Assembly (NCBI GenBank): GCA_040954595.2
Contig: CM082587.2
Coordinates: 124,001 to 188,000, forward strand
DNA length: 64,000 nucleotides
Source of the DNA: Balanoglossus misakiensis
Taxonomy: Eukaryota > Animalia > Hemichordata
Direction: 5' to 3'
Both the position numbers and the translations under genes were made by a program. Shown here piece by piece: positions 1-15,100 of the stretch; the first letter of the stretch is position 1, and every line of letters starts with the position of its first letter. The notes beneath the pieces were generated by a model that was not told the origin of the DNA, ran no database searches, and was given only the letters and a program-made list of their open reading frames with translations.

Positions 1-147
1 TTGAATCAATGCATTGTCATTCTGAATGAGGAAGTTTTCTCTAAAGTTTGGATCATTGGCTGAGGTCACTGCACATCGAAGGTCAAGTTCAGGAAAATCA
101 GTCTGGAATGTATACTGTGACAATGCTTGTAGTGCTATTACAGTGTC
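1..147 (-). CDS. C3: C3 exon 29 (TED end/CUB), runs off window
   Basis: DTVIALQALSQY...NFLIQNDNALIQ. Confidence 0.93.
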
Positions 148-3100
148 CTGTCAAAAAAACAGTGACAGTATAAGCATGCATGGATTAAGTTTATTTTTCA
201 CTGTTGACAAGTGTTGTCACCTCTATAAAGACTGTGGAAGAAGAAACAGTTTATTCCAAAAAATTATTACCAGGATTTTAAATGAAATAGCTACATGACC
301 CTCAAACTATGTTAGTAAATTTAAGTGAATGTTTATTTTGAGTGAAGTGCCTATCAAAATCTGACAAAATTTCAAACAGAAAGGAATAAATCATTTCTTA
401 CCTGTGTTGACACAAACCCACCATTTGCATTCCTCTGTTTGGTGAGCCACACAACAATGGGATTGCTGTAACTGACTTCTCCAAGTTTAAGTTGTGTGAG
501 CAAGGCATAGCTAGTGGTTTCCACGGCAATAGCTGATGGTTTCCTTGAGTACCAGTAAGGCTTGTTATTGTCTGCCAAGCTTGAATCATCAGTGTTCCAG
601 TACCTAACATTTTTAGCTGAAAAGTTGCACAGGGAATTGTAAGTAAATTCATATGTGGATGAGCATGTATGCAATGCCAAATATACAGGGATCGAAACAA
701 AGATTTAAAAAAATAGTCAAAATAAACAAAAATCCCAAATACAAAGAAACAAAAATCATTTGTCCAGGTTGGATTGAAGAGACTCACCTTCATCAAACAC
801 TGCTAGAGCCCTTAACCTGTTATTTGCATCAAAACGTCTTGGGCTGTTGGCGAGAGCCAGAGCATATGCCACTATGGCCATTGTGTATGGTCTTTGCAGA
901 TTGTCAACTTGATTTTCTAGATATGTAATAGCACCTGTTATTGCAGTACTCATTTCCTGTTTAAAGGTAAGAAAAAATATCATACCATACCATAACGGTA
1001 CAGTTAGAATTTTATTTCAAAATGAGTGCCAACCTGTATACTGTTATACGCATTACATAACTGTTCCATGTTGACGTTGTAAACAGCAATGTGTCATCTT
1101 TGCAAGACACAAACCTGGATGAGACAGGCCCTGCACAGTCTGCAGTTACAGGTTGATTTTTCTGTGCACATTCGTAATCATGAGTGTATCAAACACGTCC
1201 ACTTCCTGATGAACTTACTTGTAAATTGCAGTCACACTCCAGCAAGGAAATCAAAACAAAGGCAGTGAAAGATGCATCACCATGAACGCCGCCCTGCAAA
1301 AATAGACATAAACGTGTCAGAGGAGTGATGATAAAACTACATTGTACAGAAATCACCAAATTTTCAATTAGGGTACAAATATCACATAAGAATCAATTAC
1401 CAATATCTTTCACTGATATCTCTTAAATTTATCACACTGTGAGCAATCATGCTTTACACTCGTGATCTGATGATGAACAATCTTGTGACAATAAAGGTCT
1501 GCTGTCAGTTTCAAACCTTAAACCAAACTCTTTAGTCCTATCAAATAATCCTTGAATTAAGTATAACTCATATGAGACAATGGCTGTCATGCAAGCTAGC
1601 TTACTTACAGTGTGCATGCAACATAAATTATCACAGTTTGCCATTTTGATGGGATGGGTAATAATTTTTTTGTTGGATGTATTTAACAGTGATTGCAAGA
1701 TAGGATATACTTAGACACTTTCACTTTAAGGCATACACGTGCTTTGACAAAGCTGAACTAAATTCTATTTGATACAGTTTCACTGATCAATTTTATGCAG
1801 TGGTTGTCTTCAGGAGAAAATATGTTCTACCCTACTAAAGGGTAGAAACATTGACTGACAATGTAATCAGTAATTTAAGATCAATTTTCAGCTACATGTG
1901 AAGTGCGTTGATGTGAAATAGCACATTCATCACTGCTTGAAATCACTGATAACAACACGAACGTCAAACCTGCGAAATAAAACGTCTTGTATTATTAAAC
2001 ACCCACCGTCATTTCCTTGTGATGCACCATGTAGTTTTCTTTGAAGGAACCATCTTCTCTCTGCATTGATAACAGCCAGTTGGATGCCTGACAGATGACC
2101 TGTTGATCAACAAAGATGAATTCCTTTGCTTGGCAGAAAATTTTCATGGAAAAGGCAGTCAACCTGTAATAAAACATTTATGATTTACACAATCTTGCAT
2201 TATTTTCTGCCCTGCCAATAAAAGTGATAGTAGAAATGCAAAATCCCCTTAGGAATGTTTAGTTTATATAAATGTAAAAAATATCATGTCAATACAGAAA
2301 CGTCTTGTTTAGAAAGTTTGAAAACACAGAACTTCACGGCCCAAAATATCTGCATAGGCATTAATTAAGTGCAAGTATTTTACTAAAACCAGAAAGAGGT
2401 AAATAAGACAGTGCATGTTAAGGTAAAAAAAAAAATTGGCAATGTTCAGTGACTGCTATGTAAATGTTTTCAGCTCACTGGAAATAAAACACTTAGATAA
2501 GATGTTACTAACGAATGATTGACAGCAAAATTTCACATTCTTGAGAAGCTCCTACAGACTACATTTGATTAAAACTGTACACACCAGGTACTGCATGCTC
2601 TGCCAGACCAGACTGAGAAACATCCAGCATTCTTGTCACGGTACGTCAATTCACGATTGTAACCTACACAGGCATGAACATTCATGTTGTTAAACGCATC
2701 AGCCAGAATTTACCTGTTGCACAGTAATGTCACCTATTTTGACTTGACTGAAAAACATTCATGAGTACTGCATGTAGCTCACGTACATGTAGCTTGCATT
2801 TTACTGACTGTACATTCCAAAGTCAAAGACAAGATGTTTTTGATGTCTGCACATAGATCAGATTCTGCCACCATAAAAAGGACACTTCCGTTAAAGTGAA
2901 AATATTCTACACTGCATTTCAACTCACCGTCTCTAATAAATTTGAAGGCTTTCTTCTCTGTTGCCTCATCAACTTGATTTGTTCTTGTCAAATACAGCAG
3001 TACATAGATGTCTGGGGCTAATCCAAGTAGGGTCTGTTCCCCACAGCCAGTTGGCTGTCGAAGCAGTGAGTGGAGACTACCCCCTTCAATGACAGATTTA

Positions 3101-6100
3101 ACTGTTGGTCCCATCAAACTTCCTGTGAAGAAAAAACACACAGTGGACCACAAATATGACATGTGCAAAATGAGAAATGTTTTTCAGGGCTCACGCTGAC
3201 TTCTTTGAAAGTGAGAGACTTTACTCATCAGGATGCCTATATGAAAAATGCTTACAGGTCATCTGACAACCTGCCCAATAATTCAAAGAGACTGTCGTAC
3301 CTATAACACTGACGCTGCATTTCTCTGATCCTGGAATGACATCTGCAGGAAGTCTAACATCCAACACATTAATCTGGCTTTGGTCTTCCTTGACTCTGAA
3401 TTCTGCAAAAGTTGTTATTTGTCCCATTTATTGTCATGAACATTGATTTAATAATTAAGCCAAGATTTCTACAAGGGTATAGAACTATTGCACTTTCAAG
3501 TTTGCATTTGTAAACTGAAATGTTAAAAGCCTGGGGAGATATTGGTCCTGTTGTCCTCTTTAGTTTTACTGCCGAATGTATAACTTTACTCCTGGCCAAC
3601 TTCTGTAGTTTGGTTTGATACAATTGAACCTTTCTTGACCGAGGAAAAGATTTAAGACAGTATATATGTTCTGATATGGTGCAAGAATCAAATAAAAGTT
3701 TTTATTTTTGGTGATTTTGATTTTCAATATTATTTCTCTCCACCATTTATGATACATGTACAACAGACACATCATATAATTTTCAATATAGAATTAATAG
3801 TAGTATTCTTGCAACTTAGATCAGAGGTAAAACTGATTCTAATAAATCAAATGTTTGTGGAAATTTTTAGGAAAGCCTCTTGCATTTATTTTGTGAATGT
3901 AATCATTTTATAGATTTCCACGAAAAACATACAAGGGGATTGCTACAGAACAAGTCAGTAGTATTGAATTGTGACCAATGGATTTCTAGTGAAAACAAAT
4001 ATTCTTCATAACAACTGAACATTAGATGAACAGCTGTAATTCATTGCATATTGCTAATAAACCTAATGCACAAGAATGTCATCCAAATCAGTATAGATAC
4101 GTACCGTCATTTTGAAAGGTGCCATCATTATTGCCAGCACCATCATTGCCACACACAGCATTTCCTTGTTCACACATCTGACCAGATGGATCCAAAAAGA
4201 TGGAATGGACAAAAGTTTGTTCTTGTCCCTCGGGCTAGAGACAAAGAGTAGATAGTTGATAGATTAAAGTGACATTTGGCAAAACTGTGCATTTGTGATA
4301 CAAGCTTGAACTTTGCAGGTCTAGGGACACAGGTCCTCTCAAAAGGAAACAATATAAAACTTGGAAGATGTAATGGTCTCACTGTTCCTGTTTTTTTCTG
4401 TTACATGATGTTTACTTTTATTTTGAATTTATGTTTATGAAATTGGCTTCTGCTGAAGCTGAATAAAAATAATACTAATAAAATATCTTTAGGACATTTT
4501 TACAGACTGTTATTGTATTGTCACTCACTGACTGAATGTTGTCATGACAACTACCAAGCTATTTGTGTTAAAAGAAGGACCCAGGTGAATGAATAATTAT
4601 GTAAATGATTTACACAATTTTGAAGCTGAACTGGACTTGACTTTTGTTCTTTCAATCAATCAATTCAACTTATACAGATATGTAACACTTTAATATTAAC
4701 ATCTGAAAGATTGTGTCCTAGTCCTCTTACCAGTACGTTGAGCATTTTTTCCACAATGTCTCCTCCCTTTGTACTGAAGGCAATGATACGGATTGGTATC
4801 TCACCAACATCCATAGGAATGACAGGGAAGGTGATGGAAGTGGCATCGTTGGCTGGGACAATAAATTCTTTCCTTTCACTTCTTTCCCCTGGTCGGGCAC
4901 CTGCACATAGTCCTTCAACTCCTTGCAAGTACACACGTACCTTTAACAGAAAGAAAGAACATCAAATGAAGAATAATTTCACATTATTTGTTTACAAGTA
5001 CAATTTTATAAAATGATTTGGCTGTTTCAGAATAAATATATTTTAGTGAGTTGAAAAAGTATATTGAGGAGGTTGTGGTTGTGAGTATGAGTAAATAATT
5101 ATCAAATATGGTTGACTCAGAACATCTTTTTCATGTAAGAATGGAAAGATATAAAACAAAACAAAAACTTTTGTGTAAAGAAAAGACAATCAAACAATAT
5201 CACAAATGGAATTTTCATGTATACAAAAGAACAGAAGTGGTTGAAAGAAGTTGTTTTGGGATTGTTTAAATCTTAAACTAAAGTAAGTATCATGTGAAAA
5301 CATACCGCAATATCATCATCATCATAGTTGAACACTGCTGCACGGATTTCAATCTGCTCACCACGAACCACAGAGTATGGCATATTAAGAGCTACAAAGA
5401 ACCTTTTGAAGGCAATCATCTCAAATGGTGTGGCAACACACATACCAGAGTCACGGGAAATACCAACTGCTTGAATAACCCATGTGGTTAAACTGCTTGG
5501 CACTGTTACATCAAGTGAGAATCTCCCAAATTCACTGAAAATATTAAACACAAAGTCCAAGTGAAAATCTGTGATAAGTTGTATGTGTAGATCTCCACTT
5601 CCATGCTATCTGAGGCTATATGTGCCTCGGCTGTACATGTTTTTTAAAATCATAAATATTTTGAGCATGCATATTGATATATATATCTTCATCTCTTTCA
5701 AGAACATTAAAGAAAATTAACTTACTCTAACTCATGTTCCTCAAAAATCCAGGTTTCAGGAAAGTCTGAACGGACCTGAATTTCATCCTCATTTTCATTG
5801 ATGTTACCCGGGTCTGTCCATTCATCATCAAAACCACCAACACGGCCGCGCCCATCTGATTCAAATGCTTGTTTACAACAGAGCCGGAATACAACAATCC
5901 TTCTATCTTCACCTGTGCATTGCAGTTCATTGATAAGTTCCTCAGTTCTCTCATCACAAGTGGCGTCATCCAGGCTACGTTCTTGTCCCAGTAAACAGTA
6001 ATCCCTTTCTTCTCCTTCGTAGCTGTCCGCTACAAGATGAGATCGGGATACAAGCAATGATCAATATGCTTACAGTGCCTTGCTGCAGGCATGAATAATA

Positions 6101-9100
6101 ACATAGCATCACTGCCCACTTAATCTTTGGACAACTCCTTCGCACCTATAAAAAGGTCAACTGGTGGGAAACAGTGCAGCTACATTGTCAAAGAATGGGT
6201 GAAACAACCCTGTGTAGAGTCAAACCAAATTTAAAGCAATCAGGGAAGGGGTTTCAGAGAAACCTACCCAAGTCACTTAGATCCCTTCGTCTTCTCTTGG
6301 CAGCAGCTGAAGTGCACCCGTATGCTACGGAGCAAATGAGAGAAATAAAGCTAAACATATTTCATAATATCTGACACATTGTCTATATTCTCATACTCAT
6401 ATTGCATAGGTCTTTGCCAGCTATGGATAATATGCACTTCAGAATTCATTACAAGGCTAGTTCGCAATACCACTGTGTTATATATCCATCAAAATCAGTG
6501 ATTAGTAATATCTTAGTTCTCCAGTATAGATGACAGGTACCGTAATATCACACAATAATTTCTTGGCATTGAGAGTTTGTACACTGAAAACCTAGGTTCT
6601 GCTGAAAAAATATAGCTGGGATATTAATTAATTCTCACCTTCTCTCTTGTCCATGTCAATGCCTGCATTAGTTATCACCATCAGACCAGTGTCCTTCAGA
6701 CAGAAATACAAAATATTGTGGGGTTTTTAATTCAGGAAGTTTACCACGGCAACTGGCAAGTAATAAAATGTCACATGCATCCATTTTAATGTAAAATAAA
6801 TTTTACACATTACAATGAAGGTGTTCACAAATTTGTACTGTGATAAAGAAAGAGTAACTGAATGCCATGGCAACAAACCTCAAACACTCCTCTGCTGTCC
6901 CTGCCACCACCAGGCCCACAACCAAGGTCAAACTTATCCATTGACTGAAACATCTAGGAGAGGAAATAAAAGATAATGAAAAACATCCTAGTAAAAATCA
7001 GGATTTCCATAATGGGACATAACTAAAATTACCCATGATAAATTAATCAGATGGATTGTTTCTTCCATACTGAGACATTATTCTATTTTAATTTTACTGT
7101 TTCGCTATCCAAAACTTGAATTATGAGCTAGAAAGGAAGTGAGTGTTTGAATTGCATATTAGGCTTGTGATCTGCTGTTGTGAAAATTCACATTCCATGT
7201 CTCTAAAATTTCTGAGTATTCAATAAAGAATAAATTTTTGCCAAAAAACAGGCTTTAGCTACAGTATTTACCTTCTTAGATGTCAATCTATTAGCGTCAT
7301 TTAACAGGTACACAGCTTTGTCAACTGCCAGCAGACCCACTAGCGTGTGGGGATCTCCATCAACATCAATTGTAGCTGGGTCACCAGGTTGTCGCCGATC
7401 ATCATTTGCAGAGACCAAAAGCTGAAAGCCAATTAGCAAAGCATTGTCTATAGAGTGTAATGCTACTTTTGAAGTATCATCCAAAAACACTTGGTCACCC
7501 ATGCATGCACCATGGTTCTAGATTACAACATTGGAAAGTGCTCTGAGTGATGATTGAGTACTTGTTTGCAAATAAATGCTAGTTGGGACTTTTAGAAAAC
7601 TCTGAGTCCCAGTCTGCAGTCCCAGATTACGTTTTGAGTCTCATTACATCACTACATACTGAGCAACGTCCAAAAGCACAAGTTTGAACAGACTTGATGA
7701 TGGGATTTCACCTTTATCTGCATCACTTACTCGGTTTTCACAAACATCTTCAATATCTAGCCAAATAGCATCAGCCACAACTTCATTCTGTCCATTTATG
7801 TAATAAACAATTAATCTGGACGATGGCGACATCTCCGGTGTCACAAGGAATGTCAATGTGGTGATGACTCCAGCCTCCTTAACAACTGTCGATTGGTGTG
7901 TTATCTTGCCACGAGTCACAACCTGTTCAGTGAAAGGATAAAAAGAAAATATTTAATCTTCTGAGTACATAGCTGGTGGGGGAGAAAGAAGTCTCTGTTG
8001 CTTGATACTTGGAAACAACAACATTTGTCACAATGGCTTGTACAGTAATCACAATACTTTCACTCACACAGTTGAGCAATGGAAATATTGTTCAGTATGC
8101 ATGTACCTGTGTGTTTGTTAAATACATGTACAAGTTGATTATAAAGGAAACTACATGCTCTAGATTGACAGATTAATAGAAAGAATTGGTTTTTTCACTT
8201 GAAAAAGAAATAAAAATTAAAATGACTAACAATGAAACTTATCCTGGAGATATCTTCCTCCTTGGTGGCTACAACAGTTGCTTGTAAGTTGTCACCAACC
8301 TGTGTAAAATCATAAATATATAACAATCTGACCTCTATATCTCCATATCACAGTGACTTCTCAAGTTCACTTTTTAACATTCCCATGCAACCTTTACTCT
8401 GTGTGTGTACCGAGTCACTGAGTCCAACAGCCACAAAATTAATTGACATGCATACACATATGTATATGTATTGGCTCATATGTTTTTACAATTGTACTAA
8501 ATTTGATAGAATGACATGTACAGCTACACATGTCTGTTTATATGCTGCAGACATGAAAAATCATACCAAATGGCTATTGGAGATGTTTCCCATTGGTTTG
8601 GCAATTAATACATGACTGAGTTCAATCCCTATCTTTAAAAGTAACATTCCCATTTTAGATAAAACTATTAAAGCCTTAGGACACTTTCTGTTAAACTTCA
8701 TTAAACTCTTCCAATATAAAATGACGTAGAAGAAAGAACCTTTTGTTGCAATTTTCAGGATTCCAGAAGACTAAATGTGCTATACTATGCATAGCTTACA
8801 CCAAAAACATTACAAGTTTCATGATGTAGGCATGGTTTGCATAAATGCATTGGCCATATTTTCACACATCACATGCATTACCATGATTTCTTGTGGTGGT
8901 ACTTGGATCAAAAGATAGCTGCTGCTGGGCGACTGGTAGGGTTGTGCTTCAAAAATGGCTTCCCTGTTTTGCTCTTCTAGAATGGCAGCATCTTGTGTCC
9001 TAGCCTGGAAAAGCAGACCGGAGACATAATTTACACATTATAAATAGAAATCTTTAATCCTATTAAACACTTTTCATCATAAATAACAGTTACCACCACC

Positions 9101-12100
9101 TGTCCACAGCCAGCACGGTCACTGTGTGGAGTGACGGTGTGTACATGTAAGTTGGCAATTGATCAAACTGTTCCCCTGATAAGGAAGACATGGCTGTGCA
9201 AAAGATAATAGTAATACTATAAAACGTATCACAGAGTTTGACTAAAGTATATGAAAAACCAATTAACTTACTGTTATACGAACAGTCTGGGCATCTCTTG
9301 GAATATCCAAAACAAACTTGGTTTCCCCATCAGAATTGCTTACATCGTTCACATTATCATCATCCACAGTAAAAAGATCAACCTCTCCCTGGGCAGTCAC
9401 AGCCTTAGCATCTAGCACTACAGGGATAGCTTGAGCAGGTTTGTTGTTCATGTAGAAGACCCCAATCTGAAAGATAATACTGAGGGGTGAACCACTGACA
9501 ATTCATAAATCCTAATTAACAGTGACAGCTTAGCTTTTCTCAGCATATAATGTAACCCTTTGAGACATTCTTACAATTTATACTGGTTCCAAGTATTCTA
9601 GGGTATCTACATAGAGCCACCACAGTGTAATCAGAAAAGAAAAGAAAAAAACATGAACACTTTTAGACACTAGGATCTGTGCATGCAGACAAACTAAATT
9701 CTATTCAACCCGAGATATCAGAAATGCATTAGAAGACTCAGTTACTGGCATGATATTTTCACAAATCCATTGCCTATTAAAGTCAAGGTGCCAAAGAGCT
9801 TTAAATGGATTACTATATTTTGTGAAAAACCAACCTTAACAATATATGGTAAGCCAGGTTTAAAATGCTTTACTGTCTTGTCAAATTTAAACTGATAAGG
9901 GGACCTTGCAAAGATGGCCGAGTTGTCTGTCATATTCTCCATGAGGCCAGTTGCATATTCAGTAACCGATGCTTCAATATACAACCGTTTGCCTTCATTT
10001 TCTTCAAACCAATTTTCACCAAGGTCTTCTGTATTAAATTGGAAAAAGCCATGTCCATCTTGCACCTGCAAATGTTAACACCAGGATGGGTTACAAATCC
10101 CTGTAACCAGCATGCTGTACATCATGATTTGAAATCTTGTCAAAGTATGGACTGGATGAAAATCACGGTTGTGTGTAGGTAGAGTTGGGAAAAGGTGTAA
10201 TTTACTCATATCATGGTTAGGGGACATTACAAATAAAGCCAGTGGAAATGCGGTACACAGTCAGATTTCACAGAACAAGCTTTATCCCCATCCTATATAT
10301 GCTGTCATGTATTTTAACAGGCCCTGGGGTTTCATGGATTGGAATATGCCATTGGCATATGTGTGGGTGGACTTTGTATTGTTGTGTATCCCATGATGCA
10401 ACATGCCACAACAAGAGTACTTACCCCTGACGTCAGTTGTTTCACAATGTTCACTGTATTTGGACCACGCCAAAGCCCAAATCTCATGAACAGTGAGCCA
10501 GTCACTGGTTTCCCATACACATACCTGTCATTTTAATAATATAAAACAAGAAATATTACTTCTGATCTTCAGGAAAAGTGTTCCTTAATTTTTGTCAATG
10601 CATGTTGAAAAAGAGTCTGGTAGCACTCTTTGTAAAATCGAAAGTAAGCAATAGTGGGTATGTAGCTGGTATAAAACCATCTTCACCCGCTAAGGTCTTG
10701 TTAAGGTTCGACTGTGTGAGCGGACGATGGTAACAAACTATGTTTCTCCAGAATTGGTCTTTTGCCAAACAATTGATTAATGAGCTGTCAGTTTATTTTC
10801 AAATAGGGACCGGAAGATCTCTGCCTTAATGCAGCAGTATTTTCAGTATATAATCCAATCTTTGTTGCTTGTGATAGCATTATACTAGCCAAGACTCTGG
10901 TGTTGGCTTTTTTATGTCAATTTATGTCAGTCTGGGCAGTCTGTAGATCAAGCATCTGTAGATCGATCAAAACCTGAAACTCTTGTGAGGTTCTTCAATA
11001 GTTAACATGAATGCCAAGCAGGCTGAATAAAACAGTTCTGAAAAGGTTTGAAAGGAAGGGATTATTACAATAACACTGGATTGTCTTGGAAAGTACAGTA
11101 CTACAAATTCACAATTTCGCTGACAAAGAACTCCCACTGCCATCAAACTTACAATGTTCTTGTAAAGTAGTGATACCCCTTACTCAATGATATGCCCTGG
11201 CCTCTTATATGATGTATCTTACTTACTGTGTCTGTATGGTTCCTTCAATGAATTCTGATTGTGGCAAGATGTATAGAGGAGCACTGATCTTTATAGAGTA
11301 TGTTGGCAACACTAAAATAGAAACAGATCATTCAGGATGAAACTTAAATATCTATTTCTATAACAAGATTATGATTGGTTTACATATAATGTACATAAAA
11401 TAATCTCTCTTCTCTTTTAGTGCAATACATTTATAGCACAAGTTACGCACAATTTTGCAATAATTTAGTTTTTATAATATTGTAAGATTAAGTGACAATT
11501 GTTCAACAAAATTGTGAAATTCAAGCAAACATCTTACCATACTCTCTGACTTCGAACTGTACAGTTGCGTTGAGCGAATACTGCAAACAGAATTAGAGGA
11601 GATTGTGGTCAATTGCTTTTAGGTTAATGTAATTCTTATTTCTAACAGCATGAAGAAGATTAAACATTTACTGGCCTATAATCGATAAAAATGAAAAGTT
11701 GAAAAGCACTTTCCTTCAAATTTACACAAAAACTGTTTTTAATTCCATCCTGTTTCAAATATGATAATAATATATGTACCTTGAAAAGTGATTTCTTGAT
11801 TTGACAATGTTTATCTCTCTGCAACCCATTGTCTATGGGACTATACATATAAACTTTGTGTGTGTGGACACAGGCAACTCAAAGGATTAAGGCTCTGTGT
11901 TTACCATAGGCAAATAGTGTCGCAAATTTTTCATGTGTGAACCTGGTATTATATGTCTCTGTTTTTCTGTTTGCTGTAAGCTTTACTTCATACATGCTTG
12001 TGCATTTCACTTTGATTTACCTCTGGTCCATAAGAAACAATGGCTGACCAATTTCCGAACAGTGGATAGAGTGGAAACAGGAAAATTTCTACAATTATGC

Positions 12101-15100
12101 CAGTGTCTGTTTGAAGGTCTTTTCGTCGTTCAACAATGGTTCCCTGGGGATTGACTATGTCAAGTTGAACCTGTGGAAGATTGAAAGAAATGTAAGCTCT
12201 ATATGTATAAAAAGAACAAGAATTTGTTCACATATACATACGTCTTTTCTGAAACGGAACTTGCGAAAGACATTCAGGTAGGATGTGGTTCACACTAAAA
12301 GAACTTGTCTTCAATCAAAATCTTGACAATTTTCCATTTGCAAGTAGAACCATAGATACTCAATATTTGATATATACAGGTGACAAGTCCATGAAACCAC
12401 AGAAAACTGATCTAGCTCAGTAAACAGGACCAGGTGTAGGAACTTGTTCTCTGATAATAAATATTTACCAAGCAAAGCTCAACAAGCTCACTGTTGACTA
12501 CAATTATTCAGCTTCAAGCTTTATATGCATGCTAACAAACCATTAACGAGAAACAAATTGGCCGTGGGCACACAATAGGTGGTGTAGGATATGCAAATTT
12601 GCTGGGCGGGAGTCTTGAACGCTTGTGTAAACGGTGGCTTATCACAGGAGTATAAACTATCTGTTTACCCATGGGATGCAATCAATTGCCACCTTTATGT
12701 GAAATACAAGTATAACTCCACCATCGACCCATACAAAAATTGTCCAAGAACACAACCACAGACAATCGCAAAAAAACCTGCAAGTACTTTTCTGTGGCAA
12801 GATGCGATATGCGATCAACCGGTCCTGCATGTGTAAAACAATCTCGATGTTCCCACTGTCCGAATTTGAGTACTGTCTGAATATTTGAGTACGTGTACAT
12901 ACTATTAGGTGGACGAGATTTTATCGAGGTATACAATTTCACACATTTTACATGACAGCAGAAGACAATAAAAAAACATGAGGAAATTTTGTATCAGCAC
13001 CTCGAGCAGAGATCAAAACTAAGACGCGCCAGTGCAATGACACCACTTCCTGTACTAGAATGTATAATAATCGTGCGACGTGGCGTCAAAGTTACCCCAA
13101 GGTCGACGCACCTTTAGCCCTAAGCCGCAAACAATATCCACCTGTTCGAATTCCCCATTTCACTTTACATCGCTCGTTTTGATTTTTAGGAGACCATTCC
13201 GTGCAAAAGTCTATTTGATCGAACATCTTGCCAATACCAGTACCAACTTTGGGAATAAATTTCCCAAGCAGCCTTTTTACAATCAGAGTGCCGGAAAGCT
13301 TATGACATGGGACCAAACTCAATCGAAAATTACGGCCGTTCTCGTAAAAAATAAATGTCTACAACAATATACAACAGCTTGGGAAGTGAATGTAAGAAAA
13401 GTTCCGTCAGCTAACGGGTAGCATATAATTCTGTGATACATGAAGTTGGTAGAGTTCAATTCTGATCATGAGAGAAGATGAAAATGCACAATAGCCGAAC
13501 ATTCCGGGAAGTTGTCGACATATTCTTTTCATAGCGAATCGAAACGGGTCTTTTTTTCTGTAATCAACGAATGCTTCAACCCTGGTCACCCAAGGCAATG
13601 GTTCTTATTGTATCGGTGAACTCAGAAAGTGACGTTTGGAATTGGAAATGGCGCCAATAGGCAATGATTTTAGCACCTTTCATGGGACTGAATGAGCAAT
13701 TGCGTTTCATGCATATGTTGCCTACACAGACATCTACGTAGGTCATCTACAGCGGTCATGTCAAGCGTAGTTGCTAGTGGAGGGACCGTGGTCAAATCTA
13801 CATGTTTGGATAAATTGTCTACATAATGGTATTTCGCAGATTTGTGTGTGGTTTATATTTGTCTTGACCAGTGGGAGCAAACATCGCTTAGGCTGCTGTT
13901 TGAATTTGAATAATCATGATTGACAGTATAGATTGACTTTTACAAATGGGGTCAAACGGCCATTCTGGCACAACGCTTTCGAGAAAATTGCATTACCTTA
14001 CTAACACTGGAGGATTTTTCAATGTATTTTCCACATACAATGTACATGTACTCGCTATATATTCATGGATATCATATGTAAGATTGGATGACAATGAAAG
14101 CCATAAACCCGGCAAATTTCTCGAAATCCGGGAGCACACACAGTACGTCTTGCCAGTAGCCTGACTTTTTCACATTTGCATAGTCTTACCATAATCCGGT
14201 TTAAATAGGCCTGTTGCGTGTTTAAAATACAAAATGCAAATTTAGGGAATGATTAAGATTATCTTCAAGAAGCCAATTAGGACAATAAACAACATACCAC
14301 ACCAACTCTAAAAGGTCAATAAGTCAAAATATATTGTATGGTCTCTGACTTTGTTGAAATTGTTTCTATCTGGAAGGAGTTTTTTTCCACATGATTAAAA
14401 TTACATTAGGTTTGGGTAACTCCAATTTTAGAGAAATTACATTTGTTGTTTATAGACTAACCAACCCATTGGATTAGTGAAATTCATAGCAAAATTAGTC
14501 AGCCCATCCACCCCTATGAACAATAACGTTTAAAATATCATGCTACATGTACATATAAACTTACCATGTCGTCACTTGGTCTCATATTTTGACTCAAGGG
14601 CAGAATCCGCATTTTGACTGAAACAATGAGACAATTGCAAAAACATTATCAAAACCTCACCATACTGAATATAAAACATATCACCACTAATGATATTTCC
14701 TTGCTTGTCAATGTAAACAACTGGATTTATCCATCAGTCATATGATTCAACTGAAATAAGAACCAGTGGTTCACATGGCTATCCATAATTTCACATAGCC
14801 TGTGAAGTTTGCATGGGTACTTCATTCAAAATTCATAAACATTGTCGACCAAAGAACTGTAACCAAATCTTGCAATCTGATACTGATTTAGCTGTGTGGA
14901 AATTAAGTCAGCTGAAAAAGTAGCAAATTTCGCCAGGCATGTTCTTTTTTTGCAACCGAATCAATATACATCATGGAATAGAACTGAAAAAAAAGTAATA
15001 AATTGAACATGATGGCATAGGCACATTTAGCAGTATTCCTATATTACCTTCTTGTTCTGGAGTGTAGATGGGTTTGTCTGTCTGAATGAAGACATATCCA

